Source of the DNA: Trichosphaerium sp. ATCC 40318
Taxonomy: Eukaryota > Protista > Tubulinea
Assembly: GCA_038496445.1 (NCBI GenBank)
Contig: JALMLS010000507.1
Coordinates: 620,001-684,000, forward strand
Direction of reading: 5' to 3'
Length of the DNA stretch: 64,000 nt
Part shown: positions 27,401 to 40,476 of the stretch, piece after piece
Layout of the letters: every line of letters starts with the position of its first letter
How positions within the stretch are numbered: position 1 is the first letter of the stretch
Made by a program: the position numbers and the translations under genes
The notes under the pieces: model-generated
Seen by the model: only the letters and a program-made list of their open reading frames with translations
Told to the model about the DNA's origin: nothing
Database searches by the model: none

Positions 27401-28470
27401 GCTAGGAACATCTGGGCTTTTGGACCTGATAAAGAAGGTCACACAGAGCAGGGAGCTAATGTTCTCCTCAACGACACGCTTCCAGCTGAAGTATCTCATG
27501 CACAACTTAACTCAGTTAAACCTGCAATGATAGCTGGCTTTCAGTGGGCTACACGTGAAGGTCCATTGTGTGAAGAACCTATCAGAAATGTTAAATTTAA
27601 GATTCTGCACGCTGTACGTGAATAACTTTACCTGAATCATGTCAATTTGTATAACCTTCTTGTAGGAAATCTCACAAGACCCAATTTCTCGTGGTGTCAA
27701 TCAAATAACGCCTACAGCTAGGCGTGTAGTATACAGGTACCCTTGTCATTTAAAATAGTTAGCTTACCAATGTACTAGTTCATTTTTGACCGCTACACCG
27801 CGTTTGATGGAACCTGTGTACGCTGTTGAGATTCAAGCACCATATGACGCTGTTTCATCTATTTACAATGTATTGGCAAAGCGCAGGTACGCCAAACTTT
27901 TTTGTTTTTCATCAAAGTCACTAAATACGCTCTAGGGGACATCCGACAGGCACTGCACCGATCGCTGGTTCACCTTTGCATTGTATCAAGGCATTTTTGC
28001 CGGTAATCGATTCATTCGGTTTTGAAACAGATCTGAGGTCGTACACGCAAGGACAGGTACGGTTTACGCGTTTTGTAGAATGCTTTCGGGTTTTTGTACT
28101 ACGTGTTTGCTAAATGCTTTTTAGGCGTACTGCCAAAGCGTATTTGATCACTGGGCTATTGTTCCTGGCGATCCTCTAGATAAATCAATTTTATTGAGAC
28201 CACTTGAACCTAGCCCTCCACCACACTTGGCTAGAGATTTTATGGTCAAAACGCGACGAAGAAAAGGTAAAAAAAAACTTTTCGGCTTTCCTCAGCGTTT
28301 ACGCCAAAAACTCTTATTTTGCGGAAAAAATTATTCCTGCGTACGTAGTGATGATTTACTCACTTTTTCATAAAGGTTTGACAGAAGATGTGTCTATTAG
28401 CAAATTTTTCGATGAAGATCTATTATTGGGCATAGCACAGATGGACATTGACCTTTCGTCCTATTTGTAA
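24408..28470 (+). CDS. EFTUD2: U5 snRNP GTPase EFTUD2/SNU114, 18 introns
   Basis: [15 protein letters not shown]; [10 protein letters not shown]; GALHHGKT; [11 protein letters not shown]; NKID; [22 protein letters not shown]; [18 protein letters not shown]. Confidence 0.99.
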
Positions 28471-29232
28471 AACCGCAAGTTGTGTTTAAAAGAAATTAAA
28501 ACACTAATTAAGTTCTATGTGTCCTTGGTGCTCTATGAGTAAATAATAAAAAAATGGACCTTCGAGGCCCTTTTGCATCGAACATCGGACTTTTTTTTTG
28601 GGCTTTTCTTGTTTTTTGGTATTTTTGAGCCGAAAACGAATAAACGGAAAGTGGGAAATTCGTGCAAAAACCAACAAAGTGGAGTTATTAAAAATAGAAC
28701 TGTCATAGTTCTCTTTATGTTTAATAGATATGGTACGTATGCTTGCGCTCTTTTAGAGCTATTGAATAGATTTGGTGGTTAAAAAAGGTGTTTAGTATCG
28801 TATTCGATTAATCTATCGGGAAATTGATCAATGACGCTATTGTAATAAGTCCGGCGTAAGTCTATGATAGTTCTAGGCGTAATAGAAGACTTAGACACGA
28901 ACTCGCATAATTCCCCCGCGAATGTGTTAAAAATACCGCCAATAATTTGTTTCGGTAGTACAATACCTTTTTATATCACTTTCGTCTCTGCTCATTTTCA
29001 TTTAGGTTTTGAGAAACGTTGCAACGTTTTTTTTTCTTCCTGTTGCTTCTGTTAATCCATACGACATTAGTTATCCGCCAAACGTTTTAATAAAAGATGA
29101 AACGACGTATACAAATGAAGAAAAACGAATTGCAATCCGAACAGTTTTTCCTTTTCGAGCCTCCCCGAAACGGCACGCAGTTTTTCTGACTAAGAGACTA
29201 TTATTATCATTAAATTAGCAATCATACACGCA

Positions 29233-30532
29233 ATGCAACTCCTCAAGCTTTTAACAATAACACTGGCTTGTATCTATGTCGTACAAGGTGGCATGTTCGG
29301 TGACCCTTTCGGTTCGGTACGTTGACTCTTTGACGTACAAATAGCTTAAAAACGACCCCACTATCTTTAAAAACAACTTACGAATGTATAGGGATCAATG
29401 CCACAAGGAGAAGAGGCAGTACGATCCATTCTTAGGTACGTTCCCAACAACTTTTTATCGGCTTTTCTCTTTTCCTTGTTCTGAAGCTGTTTGGCTTATA
29501 CGCGCCTTTAGAAATATCTTTGATGGTGTTTGGACGCCTAGAGCTCCACTTCCTTTATCTGTAGCTGGCGCAAGCTCCTTTACTATCGGTGATAGAGCAT
29601 ACGTCGGTTCTGGTGCAACTGGTGAAGAATACTGTCCTGGTGAATTGACCAGAGACTTCTACGTTTTTGATATGTTGAGCAACTCATGGAGTTCCATCGC
29701 TCCTTTACCAGAAGCTCGTGTCGAAGGTACTTCCTTTAGCTTGAACGGCAAAGGCTACTTTTTCGGCGGAAGAAACTCTTCTTGCCAGGACGTCGATACA
29801 CTCTTTGAATACAACCCTGATCTCGGTACGTACTAATAGTAAATCTACAAAAACGACAGGTTCTTATTTTCTTTTTAGATGAGTGGCGTGAGATTCAAAC
29901 AGCTTCTGCTCCTCCTCCACCACAACACGATTTGATGTCTTTCATTTCTAAAGGTGTCGCTTACGTCGGTTTGGGTTTCGCTAAATACGGACCAATCCGT
30001 CAATTGTACTCTTTCGACGGATTTGACTGGACCCCTATCACTCCAGCTTACCCAATCAGTGTTGGTGCTACTGTTGTACGTGTTCTACTACCTTCACGGC
30101 TTTGTTTACAATTTCTAATGGACGCTATAGCACTTTCAAATCAAGGGACGCACATACATCGGTGGTGGTATCCATCAAGATTCCCAAACTCTCGTCGTCA
30201 AATTTTACGAGTTCCAAAACGAACACGATACTCCTCGCTGGCAAAAAATTAGCTCAATTCCAGCTCCAGTCGGCGAAGGTATTTCTTTCTCCATTGGTCA
30301 TTTCGGATACGCTGGTACTGGATACAAAGATGTCAACACCCACACATACCGCCAAGAATTATACCGCTATGACGCCGAAAAGGACTCCTGGAAGTTAGTT
30401 GGTAACTACCCAGAAGGCGAACATCTTGATGGTACTTCTTTTATGATTGGTGACAGAGCTTTCGTTGGTCTTGGTCTCAAGGCATACTCTTATGAAAAGA
30501 CCAGCACCTTTTATGAATACCAACAAATATAA
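29233..30532 (+). CDS. Secreted Kelch-repeat beta-propeller protein
   Basis: Signal peptide MQLLKLLTITLACIYVVQG; repeated F-x-I-G-x-x-Y-V-G-x-G...Y-x-x-D...W blades. Confidence 0.88.
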
Positions 30533-31318
30533 AGCTGCAACACTAGCTCATGTAAATAAACGTGCACATTCCAAATAATTGTTTCGGTAGATTGAACCCA
30601 ACTTGTAAAGTACTTTGTTTGGTGCATCGAAACCAGTCTAGAGCGCGCTCGAGCTGTCACAAACTGGAATAGTTTCCACTTTTGTTTTTTTGAATGTCTA
30701 GCCAAAACATTTGTGCGTTTCGTTATAGCTGTCGAAAGTTACAATGGTACAGATTGACGTGTTATTTACTTTCGGTTTATACCGAGATGTTGTGCATTCT
30801 TTGTTTATGAGAGATAAATTCGAGGTTACAATAATTAAAACGATCATCGCTGAGATATCTCCAGTCAGCATCTCGACGGATTTCGTTTTGCAAGTACGCA
30901 TGGTTCATATTCGAAGCCTCCTTGTCTTCGTTAGGTGGTTAAAGTGAGAGCGAATGTAATCCTAGCAGCGTTTTCAAGGCTTTTGAACTGCGGCCATAGC
31001 AGATACTACGTATAGGTACAACCGAACAACAGTTTACTGCCTCTCAGTTCTTGGCATTTAACTGTTCTGCATTATTAAGTTAGCAAGTTGCGTATGGTAA
31101 CCACATGCTGTTGTTGCAGCCATGAAGAAGAAATAGAACAATGTGATCTTTACGGCGAAGTTAAGTTAAGTACAATAAATTGACGGTTCTAATTTAGAAG
31201 ACAAGCACTTTCTTTCAATAAAAATTGCTAACTTTTATTCGTTGCTGGTTGTCTTTTTGGGTTCCCATTTACATTCTTTAAACAATTGGGCATAAATTGT
31301 CATTAGGAGCTCTAATAA

Positions 31319-33286
31319 TTACTTCGGCATTGATGTAAACTCTGTAATTTGGTCTTTGATTTTTGGCTTGTTAATCTCTCCAGCCTTGTCTTCCCATATT
31401 TTTTTGCGTATGAGAATAGAAGCTCTTCTCCTATCTTCATGTGCCTTGTCATCTCTACCTACTGCCTAAAACACAGACTGTTAACAACAGGAACATTGAA
31501 TGTTAACAAAAAGTTTTCATCTTTTTTTTTCTTCTTTTTTTGTACCATCCAAGCGTCACAGCGATCTTGCCATGCATGAACAAGAGTTGGATCTTGTTCG
31601 ATTGCTATTGTGTTATATTTTATTTGCTCCCAAAATTTACCATTTATCATTGCAATCTTTCCTTTGCACATGTACGCCATTGGCTTTAAAAGAAGTTAGA
31701 AAAAAAAAAAATATAAACGCAAACAATTCCATTGTGCGTATCTCTCAAGATGACTTTGGCATATAAAGAAGAAAAAAGTGGTGACATCTCACCACATGTC
31801 CCACTTGGATACACATCATATTGTTACTAGTTCATTCTCAAAAGGTTTGGGTTTTTTATTTTTCTTGCTTTTTTTTTAAATGTCAAACGACGTTTGAAAA
31901 GTTAACGTACTGTGAATTTAGGGTGATCCAATTTAATTACAGCATCGATGTATATCCCACCCAATGTATGGTCATTGGCATTAACAGAACAAGTTGCCAT
32001 TTTCAATAATATGTCAGAAAGTACTTCATCTGAAGTGAGCACTACAATGGGTGAGCAAAGGTAAAAGAGCTGAAGCGAATGTGAGATTCATTTTGAGCAC
32101 AAAATGATACGCTTGTACAACTAAACAATTTATCGATATTGAGTCATGTGTCAGATATATAACATATCATCTGGTGTCTATGAACTGAATACCAAGAAGA
32201 AAAAGAAAGTAAAAATTAATTCAATAAACATAATAATTCTTAACCTCTCCTTGGCTTGTCACTGTCAAATTTTTGTTTGCGTACCACGTGATAAAGTGCC
32301 ATTATCTTTAAAGTAACTTATAAACTTATCTAGATAATCACCATAGTACACCTGTGCCGCTTGGAATTTATCTAAAACAACACCTTCGTAAGCTACTTTT
32401 TTTGGCAGTTAGTTGGAAAATAACCGCACCCATGTAATGTAGAGCCTCTCCAACTCCACGAAGACCTGGTACAAATCCAGGGTCGTATTCTACGCATTGC
32501 ATCATGTATTTGTAAGCTTCATCATAATGACGAAGTGTCATTTCTATTGAACCTTGCATGTACAATATGATTGTGCGTATTTTACTTTTTTGAAGTGTCA
32601 GTGATGGTGAATTTAATCAAATAGCTGAATTTCCAGCCTACAACTCGCGTACTCGTGTGGATAACAATGCCATGCTGTGTCAAGAAGTGCTAGAGCTTTT
32701 GCGCCGTATTCAAGTTTATCTTGTACATTTCTCGTTTTAAGAGTTAGATTGACGATACCTAAGCTTCCACTACGCTTGGGGTTTAGTAATTCAAGTTAAT
32801 ATGATCAAAATAAAATACAGCGTGTAAACCTGCTGTTCAGGCGTACTGTAGTATTTCAATAGCTTCTAGATCCTCCTTGGTTCGTTCAAAGTCGTTCTCA
32901 TCACCTGAAGGCACAATGTCATCTGGATTTATGTCTTTGTCGCCAATTAACTCTTTATTATCTTTACTGAGATCTAGAATATCCTCTAATAACTTTTTGC
33001 GTTTAACTGGATCTTCTACTTCTGGTATTCTAGCCCATGCTTCATTTAGTTCTGGAGGAGGTGGTACGCCACCAGGGTGGCTCAAACCGGTCTCATCTTC
33101 CATATCGTCGTAATCATCCACATTAAAGTCGTCCGCATCGAATTTTGATGCATCTGGGTCACCTGAGTCACCAAATGGTGATTTAGTACATCTTAACCGC
33201 CTGACAGTCGTTTGTACAACTTTCGATGGGACGATGCGCCGTTTGGTACTCCTTTGCAATGTCCTTGCGCGTAGTAAGCACCTCAT
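31319..33286 (-). CDS. TPR-repeat protein with predicted mitochondrial presequence
   Basis: Arg-rich N-terminus, acidic patch, TPR-like helices (YDEAYKYMMQCVEYDPGFVPGLRGVGEAL; AIEQDPTLVHAWQDRCDAW); two unusually long introns. Confidence 0.75.
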
Positions 33287-33366
33287 ATGGTGTTTGAAGC
33301 GTATTCAGCTGTGCACATTGAATAAGCTAATACCGACCTTAACTTGTCAATTCTAGAAGCCATAAC

Positions 33367-34601
33367 ATGGAACCGCAAGGCTTCTTGCATTCTGCATGGC
33401 GTTGGATAGCGTCTAGAAGCCAACAAACTCCAATACAACACCCAAAATACAATCTGTTCGCTAATCCCATACACACGAGAGGGCTACCTGATAACACAAT
33501 CCTATACCTTGTTGACAACTTTCTATCAGATAGAACCGCAAATGCTCTATTATGTTCTTCTAAACGTCTAAATCGCCTGACACACTTGACAGAGATGATA
33601 AAGGTACCCTGCAATAATGTAAATATGGCACACAATTCTTACAGTTTTAACAGAAAAAATGGATCGATAACAAAGTACAAACAATACAACTTATGCCAAA
33701 AGGTTTTTTGCTTGAATTCTTAACTGTATCAGAACACGGTCTATTGTATTGCTGGAATCAAACGAAAGGCGATATTCATAGTTTTGACATTAAGAATCCT
33801 TCTCTTGAAGCTAAACTTGTTATTAAAGAAGGCTTAAGGTATTATGCAGATACTCACGTGACAATCACGTGTGATGGAAAATATTTAGTTGCAAGTCAAG
33901 AAAATGGAGATAAGGGAGATTTGTTTCTAATCAATTTGGAAACCAAGGAACGCGTACAAGCTTACCCAAAGTACGAAGGTGAAAATGTTGTATTCTCAGA
34001 TACTAGAATAGTTACTATACCAGGTAATGCTACTGGTATGTACTTGGTGAGCGTTAATGGTATGTACAAGTACGATTTTAGATCTGATGAAACTTCATTT
34101 ATTGCTCACCTTCCGGCAAATGGACAACATAATGACTATGGAACTACATTAGTTGCTGAAGTGTTTCCTTTGTCTTCATCTCAAGAAGCTGATTTCGCGT
34201 TCATGACTGACAAGACTGAAGGTGGTTGTAGTATGGCTGAATTATTTATGGTTTATTGCGATAGTAATACTTGTATTCATGTTCCTACTTGGTTTTCAAA
34301 TTACTCTTCACACGAAACTATGGGATGTGCTTCAAGAATATTGACGGCGCCAAGTGAGAAAATAGTTTTTAGAAACATTCACAGGTGTTGGACAGAGTAT
34401 AATGTCACTACAAAGACGTTAAGCCCCTTTACAATTAAAGACATTCGTCTTCACCACGGGAGAGATATTTTCGAGTGGAAGGGAAGACTGTATTTGTACG
34501 AAATTGATAGAGATTTAGCTATTACGTTGCACGTGCTACCTACTGATTTAGACCCGTATATTACAGAGACTGTTGAGCGGTTTCCAGTTATACGGTTTTA
34601 A
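33367..34601 (+). CDS. Protein with F-box-like N-terminus and beta-rich (propeller-like) C-terminus; one intron
   Basis: GLPDNTILYLVDNFLSDRTANALLCSSKRLN fits the F-box pattern; an intron at about 33604-33653 joins it to the 302-aa ORF. Confidence 0.7.
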
Positions 34602-34941
34602 CAATGCAAACAGCTAATATTTGTCATTTCTAGTTTTCTCGTCATTGTACACAGCAGGTAGTGTAAAAATTCGTGCTATAAGATTACGCGAGTGCATTAA
34701 ACATGCTATAGTGTATTAAATAAAATTCTTGGATGTTTTACATAAGTTCACATAACGAGCAGAGAATACTTGTCATAAAACGTACTTCATCACGTGTTGT
34801 ATTAAGGGTTTTAAGCAACTTGCGCCTTCTTGAAATTTTGCAAAAGCTCTTTCCTAAAAAATTGAGGTCTGACTAAAATGTTTGTCCGGACTACATGATA
34901 CTATCGCGGCGTAGTAGACAATAGTCAATACATCTAATTTT

Positions 34942-37900
34942 ATGACTGCTAGGTATATCCGCACAAATCACGTGGCGTACACATCCTGAGTTTTAGGGAC
35001 TGAACAAAAAAGCAGATATTTTTCGTACATTTTTACTTAGTACGCAACAAGGCGCTCAGTTTGGTTACATGTCGAGCAATTTTACGTTGGTTAGTAAATG
35101 GAACATAGGTTTTTAATTATTTTCGGACTTAATGACACTCGGCGATAGGCACCTCAAGCATCTGATGTTGACTACAAACGGGGGTTTCTTGCCGCTCCGT
35201 TCTTAGTTGTTTTATCACTGGTTTTGTTTTTTTTGTGGAACTGCTGTAGGTCATTAGCCATATGCCGGAGGTGTAAGCGACGCAAGAGACAATGTACGTT
35301 ACGTATTTCTCAGGGCAGATAAAAAAGGAAACAAGATGGTTTTTTGACTATTTTGTAGCTGCACATATTCCTCTTGCTGGTGGCAGTATCCAATCTTACG
35401 ATGGTGATGAAGTTGTAATGGCGCTTGGTGGACTGAAACCAAAAGATTTTACTTTCGACATTGGTTTTAAAGACTTAGGGCTCACATTAAAAAAGTAAGC
35501 TACTGAAAAAAAAAAGAAAGTTTGATTTAAAAATAACTGGTGACGCTGTTGCAGGAATAAAAAAGTGGTGCTATCTAATGTAACAGGGCAGATACGGCAC
35601 GGAAGAACAACTGCAGTAATGGTACAATTGATTGAACGCACTTACATACTTACAAATACCCCTTAGGGACCTTCTGGAAGCGGCAAGGTTGAACTAAAAA
35701 AGTAGTATTTTTATTGTCATTGATTTCTAACAATATCTGAAGACGACATTCTTGACGACATTAGCAGGAGAAGCGAAGTATGGTGTTGAAAGTGGATTGA
35801 TATTACTCAATGGCAAAAAAGATAGCCTTCGGAGATACAAAAAACTAATTGGATTTGTTCCACAAGACGACATTATGCACCGTGATCTAACTGTCAGAGA
35901 AGTGAGCATCCAAAAAAAAAATACAAGAAAAATGAAAGCCTAACTCTATTCGTATCTAGACTTTATTGTTTTCAGCAAGAAATCGATTACCCGTCTCAAT
36001 GTCAACTGAAGAAAAGGAAAGAATAGTAGACGAAGTCATAGATATGCTTGGTCTTACAAGAATTAAGAACGACATAATCGGTGATGAAGTGAACAGAGGA
36101 ATAAGCGGTGGTAAGAGAGTTTCACAATCGAACACGTGCTTCAACTATAGTAATAACGTGCTTTTAAGGACAAAGAAAGAGAGTTAATCTAGGCATAGAG
36201 ATGGTAGCAGACCCATACGTCATGTTTCTTGACGAACCAACAAGTACATCTGAGCCATTCTTGTACATCTTTCCTTACTCATTTTTGCAAGGTGGTTTGG
36301 ATAGTGCAGCGTCTATGGAAGCTTGCGCAGGTACTTTTATTGATGCAAGTCTTTTGATTAAAATTGTTGTTTGTAGTTTTGCAAAAACTGGCTGGGTTCG
36401 GATTAACTATTCTTGCTGTTGTTCACCAGCCACGTTATGAGATTTTTTCAAGTTTTGACGATGTTCTCCTACTAGCCACTGGCGGACAAACTGCTTATAT
36501 GGGTAATCTTACCAAAAAACAAGGCGCTTGTTTAAAGAATTTTAGGTCCGACAGCAGATGCCCTTGAGTACTTTGAGCAATTCGGCCCTAAATGCCCTGA
36601 GCACGTGAACCCAGCCGTAAGTTATGGAGGTGCTGTTTTAAGCTAATAGTTTCCAGGACTACATTGTCGATATGGTATCTGGTTCAATGTCAATGCATGT
36701 TACACCTGAAGAACTTGTTGATGCATGGAAGGAACGAGATGGTAGAATTGCAGAAGAAGAGGAACTTGTCTACGAAACAGAAGATAGCATAAGCGAGAAA
36801 AGCCGATTCTATTTAGGCACATGGGCTGAATTTGGGTTGGGTTTTTTGATTTGTTTCGTCATGCCTCTCCTCATGCCAATCACATTGTACGAATTCCAAA
36901 TCACCCATGTTAGAAATAATGTTAGTACAGGTATTTAAAAGCGCGACAATACAGTAAACGTTGGAGAGCGGGTGGTCTTATTGGAGGAACTTTTATCTTG
37001 TTTTTGATTACAATATTCACAGCTAATAACATGCTTTCCCATGACATAGTCGCTATAGGAATTATAGTACTTGCCATATCAGCTTTGTTTGGTCTTACAT
37101 GCTGCGCACTAGGTAATTGCTGGGAACTATATCACGTGATAGTAATATTTCTTTAGTCGTTCAATCTATACGTGGTAGTGAGCTTGTATTGTGGGGACAT
37201 GCTACTTGTGGTATGGTACTTGGTCCTTTCTTTATGTTATATATGTGGAGAAGAAGGGAAACTACTTCAAAAATAAGATATTCAGCTTTATGGGGATTTT
37301 CTTGTACGTTTTTTTTTCGGCTAAAGGATTTAGTTGCATTGCTAAATTATTTTATAATTTAAGGTTCTTTTATTCTGTTCGGCATCCTACTTTTACTGGG
37401 AAATCTTCAGATAGAACAAGCTCGTACTTATAAATTGTACACATTTTTCTTGTACGCAATACCACCTCTTCTTGGGATACTTATGCTTGCTGTATTCTTA
37501 ATGAGGTATGTTCTTAAATCTTACTTGAAAATCAACTTGTGTTCTTATCGTTTTCAACAAGGTACAACAAGCTGCCAACTTTTGATAGAGAAACTGCTGG
37601 ACTACGCACTCAGGTACTCACAAACAGCCTATTCTTTTTGTTTTCTAAACCTTTTGCAACAGCTGTGGTATTGCACTCACCGCGCGATTGTTCAGATATC
37701 ACGTGGTTGGGTTGGAATAACATTCGATCTTGGGTTACCCGTATGTGCTGCATTATTCCTTGGTGTTATTTATTATGGCCGATACTATGAAGTAGGTTCA
37801 CTTTAATCCTTATTTGTATCTTTTGCTAAATCATACTACAAAGGGGCCGTTAATTGATATGTTGCCATTTAAGAAATGTCCCGATCAGCTTCCAACAGAG

Positions 37901-38773
37901 ATATGTACTTTTCTGGAGCTTCCTAAATCGAATCCAATCCGTATGGCGCAGTCGCAAAATCCGTTATTAATAATCCAAATAGCTGGAGAAGCATCTCTCA
38001 CTTGCCTTTCTGTTGGTCTTGCTGCTGTAGCATCGTCGCTTCGAGTGTTTGGTGATGAACAAGTAAGCATCTTTTTCAACCTGTTGTTTTGTAGTATGCT
38101 AGTAACACGTTGTCCAAAGGTTGTTTTCAAGCGTGAAACACGCTCTGGGATATCTACGGAGGCTTATTATCTGGGAAAGACTCTTGGACACTTACCTATA
38201 GTCACTATTAGTTCAGTATTTTTCACTCTCTGTTTCTACGGTATTTTACAGCCAGAGGCAGACATTTGGCAGTACTTTGTTCTCTATTTCCTTATTTATT
38301 TTGCATGTTCTGGTTTGTCTTATTGTATAAGCATCGTGGTACCCAGATCAATTGCTCAACTAGTAGGCGTGATTTGCATTCTAGCGTTCATGATGTACAA
38401 CAGCTCTCTTCATTTTGATGTTTCTCTTATGCATCCAATAGGTTTAGTGGAGCTAATCCAACTTTAATTCAATTAAGAGAAGATTCACCAGTACCAGGTG
38501 CACTGTATTACCCTACTTATTTGTCTGTATTTCGGTACGTGCCCAGTGACTTGTCAGATTTTTATGTTTTTATTGTTAACAACATTTAGGTGGTCGCAAG
38601 AGCTTTACTACATTATGCAAGTATCACCTTACAATCCAGACCCAAACGGATTTATGGAAAATATTTTAGACTACCACAAACAGAACTACGTGCAATGCTG
38701 GGTTATGATCACATGGCTTGGTGTACTATTTAGACTACTTGCATATCTTGCACTTGTGTACAAGGAAGGATAA
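34942..38773 (+). CDS. ABCG (White-family) half-transporter with N-terminal TM and an inserted multi-TM module
   Basis: [58 protein letters not shown]2 membrane domain (VFKRETRSG). Start codon uncertain. Confidence 0.92.
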
Positions 38774-39404
38774 AACAAACAAAAGCACGCATAACAATAA
38801 ACATATGAAAACACTTCGGCTCGTCACCATGTGACCCAACACACAATGACAATATTTTAAAATCAGCTGAACTGCAACCTATTGAGGTTGGTAGAGGCTT
38901 TTCGTAAATAAAGAAATCGTATATTACCGAATGTCAAAACAAACACGCAGGTCATTTTCCATTAAAACAATCCCAAATCTGGGTATTTCCTGAAATACTG
39001 AAAACAAAAAAAGGATGTTTAATCCAACCGTTAATTCTCATAGAAGATTACTAGATACTAATGTGATAACATCCGAGGAGGTATCGGGGCTAGACCACAC
39101 TGATTAAGCAATATAGAATTAAGCCCGCAATATACAGAATTCGCTACGCACTAATCGCACCAATCACACGGTATCGACTACAGGATAACGAAAGCACAAT
39201 ATACTTAGGTTGTTGCACCCCCATAAAACTCCTATTCTCGGCAGATAGCGCTTTCAACATCACCAACCTCATACAGTACGATTGCAGCACGTAACTATCG
39301 CATCTTTCCTAAATTCAGTAGCAAAGCACTAAAAACGCGTATTGAACACTTACAACACTTTCAAACGCTTACAATACCTCTATTAAACTAAAAAGAGCAA
39401 TAAA

Positions 39405-40173
39405 ATGGGTAACGAGAACATGAAAGCATTGCCTGAACAATGTAGCCCACGATGGACTACCTTACCTAAAAAAGAGTTGAAGAAATTCACAAAAAACACA
39501 GAAAAAGCAGAACCAAAGGTTTTGGATAACTTTACAAGGAATCCACTTGATAGCTTTCATTATCTTACTGGACGTAATGTTAATGTTTATAAATGCATGA
39601 AAACGGAACTTGAGGATAAATCAAAGACGTGTTGTCCAGATTACGACTTCTTGATTCTAACTAAAGCGTCTTGTACAGAAGAGCATGGCGGAGAAAGTGG
39701 CTCTTTAGTTTTCAAAGCCTTTTGTGATGACATGTTTCCAGGATCCAAAAGACCTGTTATTTCGCTTTTAGGCGAAATAAAGATAAAGTATAAAGTCAAA
39801 ATATTAACAAAGAAATCAAGAAAGGTAAGCAATCCGACATAAAACCAAAATGTAAAAAAAAACCGAAATGACATGCCAGTGTCAGTTTCATTCCTTTTAC
39901 CAACTTCACCAATATCATGCTAATTTGTTCTCTTAGGATTCCATGTCAGTCACTGTACTTGAAATCAACGCTTCTTTTGCTGAGAGGTTCGGTACACTAT
40001 TTTATAACGCATCTTGTAAGCCTGCCTTCGAGCAACTCGATTTTTTATCTGGGCTGGAAGATTTTAAAGAACTTAAAGATGGCATGAATATTATTGTAAA
40101 AAAGAAACACTGGCGTGTTCATTATTCTGATATGAACTACGATACAGCATTTGATATGCTGAAACTTGTATAA
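39405..40173 (+). CDS. Hypothetical protein, two exons
   Basis: 145-aa and 76-aa ORFs joined in frame by a GTAAGC..TTAG intron; no recognised motif. Confidence 0.6.
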
Positions 40174-40476
40174 CAAAAAAAAAAGAATTATTTTATTCGT
40201 ATGACAATACAAGAAAAGGTGCAACGTTATAGTAATATGACAAAAGCAACATCCTTCCAAAGCTGAATGTAACTATTACAAAGAAGGGCTAACATAGTAC
40301 TTCATCTTCACTTCGCAAATCCCGCACGCATTACTTCTACTTCATAAACCGCTGTAAAAACAATACATGATACTATAGTTGTCACAATAAAATGAGAATG
40401 ATTCGAAAAGGTTATTCGTAAATGTTCACTGTTCAAATAATATATCTCTTTACTTTTCAAGAAACAACCGTCAGAA

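Noticed and set aside
30698-31125. Minus-strand coding-looking stretch (NHAYLQNEIRRDADWRYLSDDRF)
   Set aside because: I could not build a consistent start and splice model; it may be a relic.
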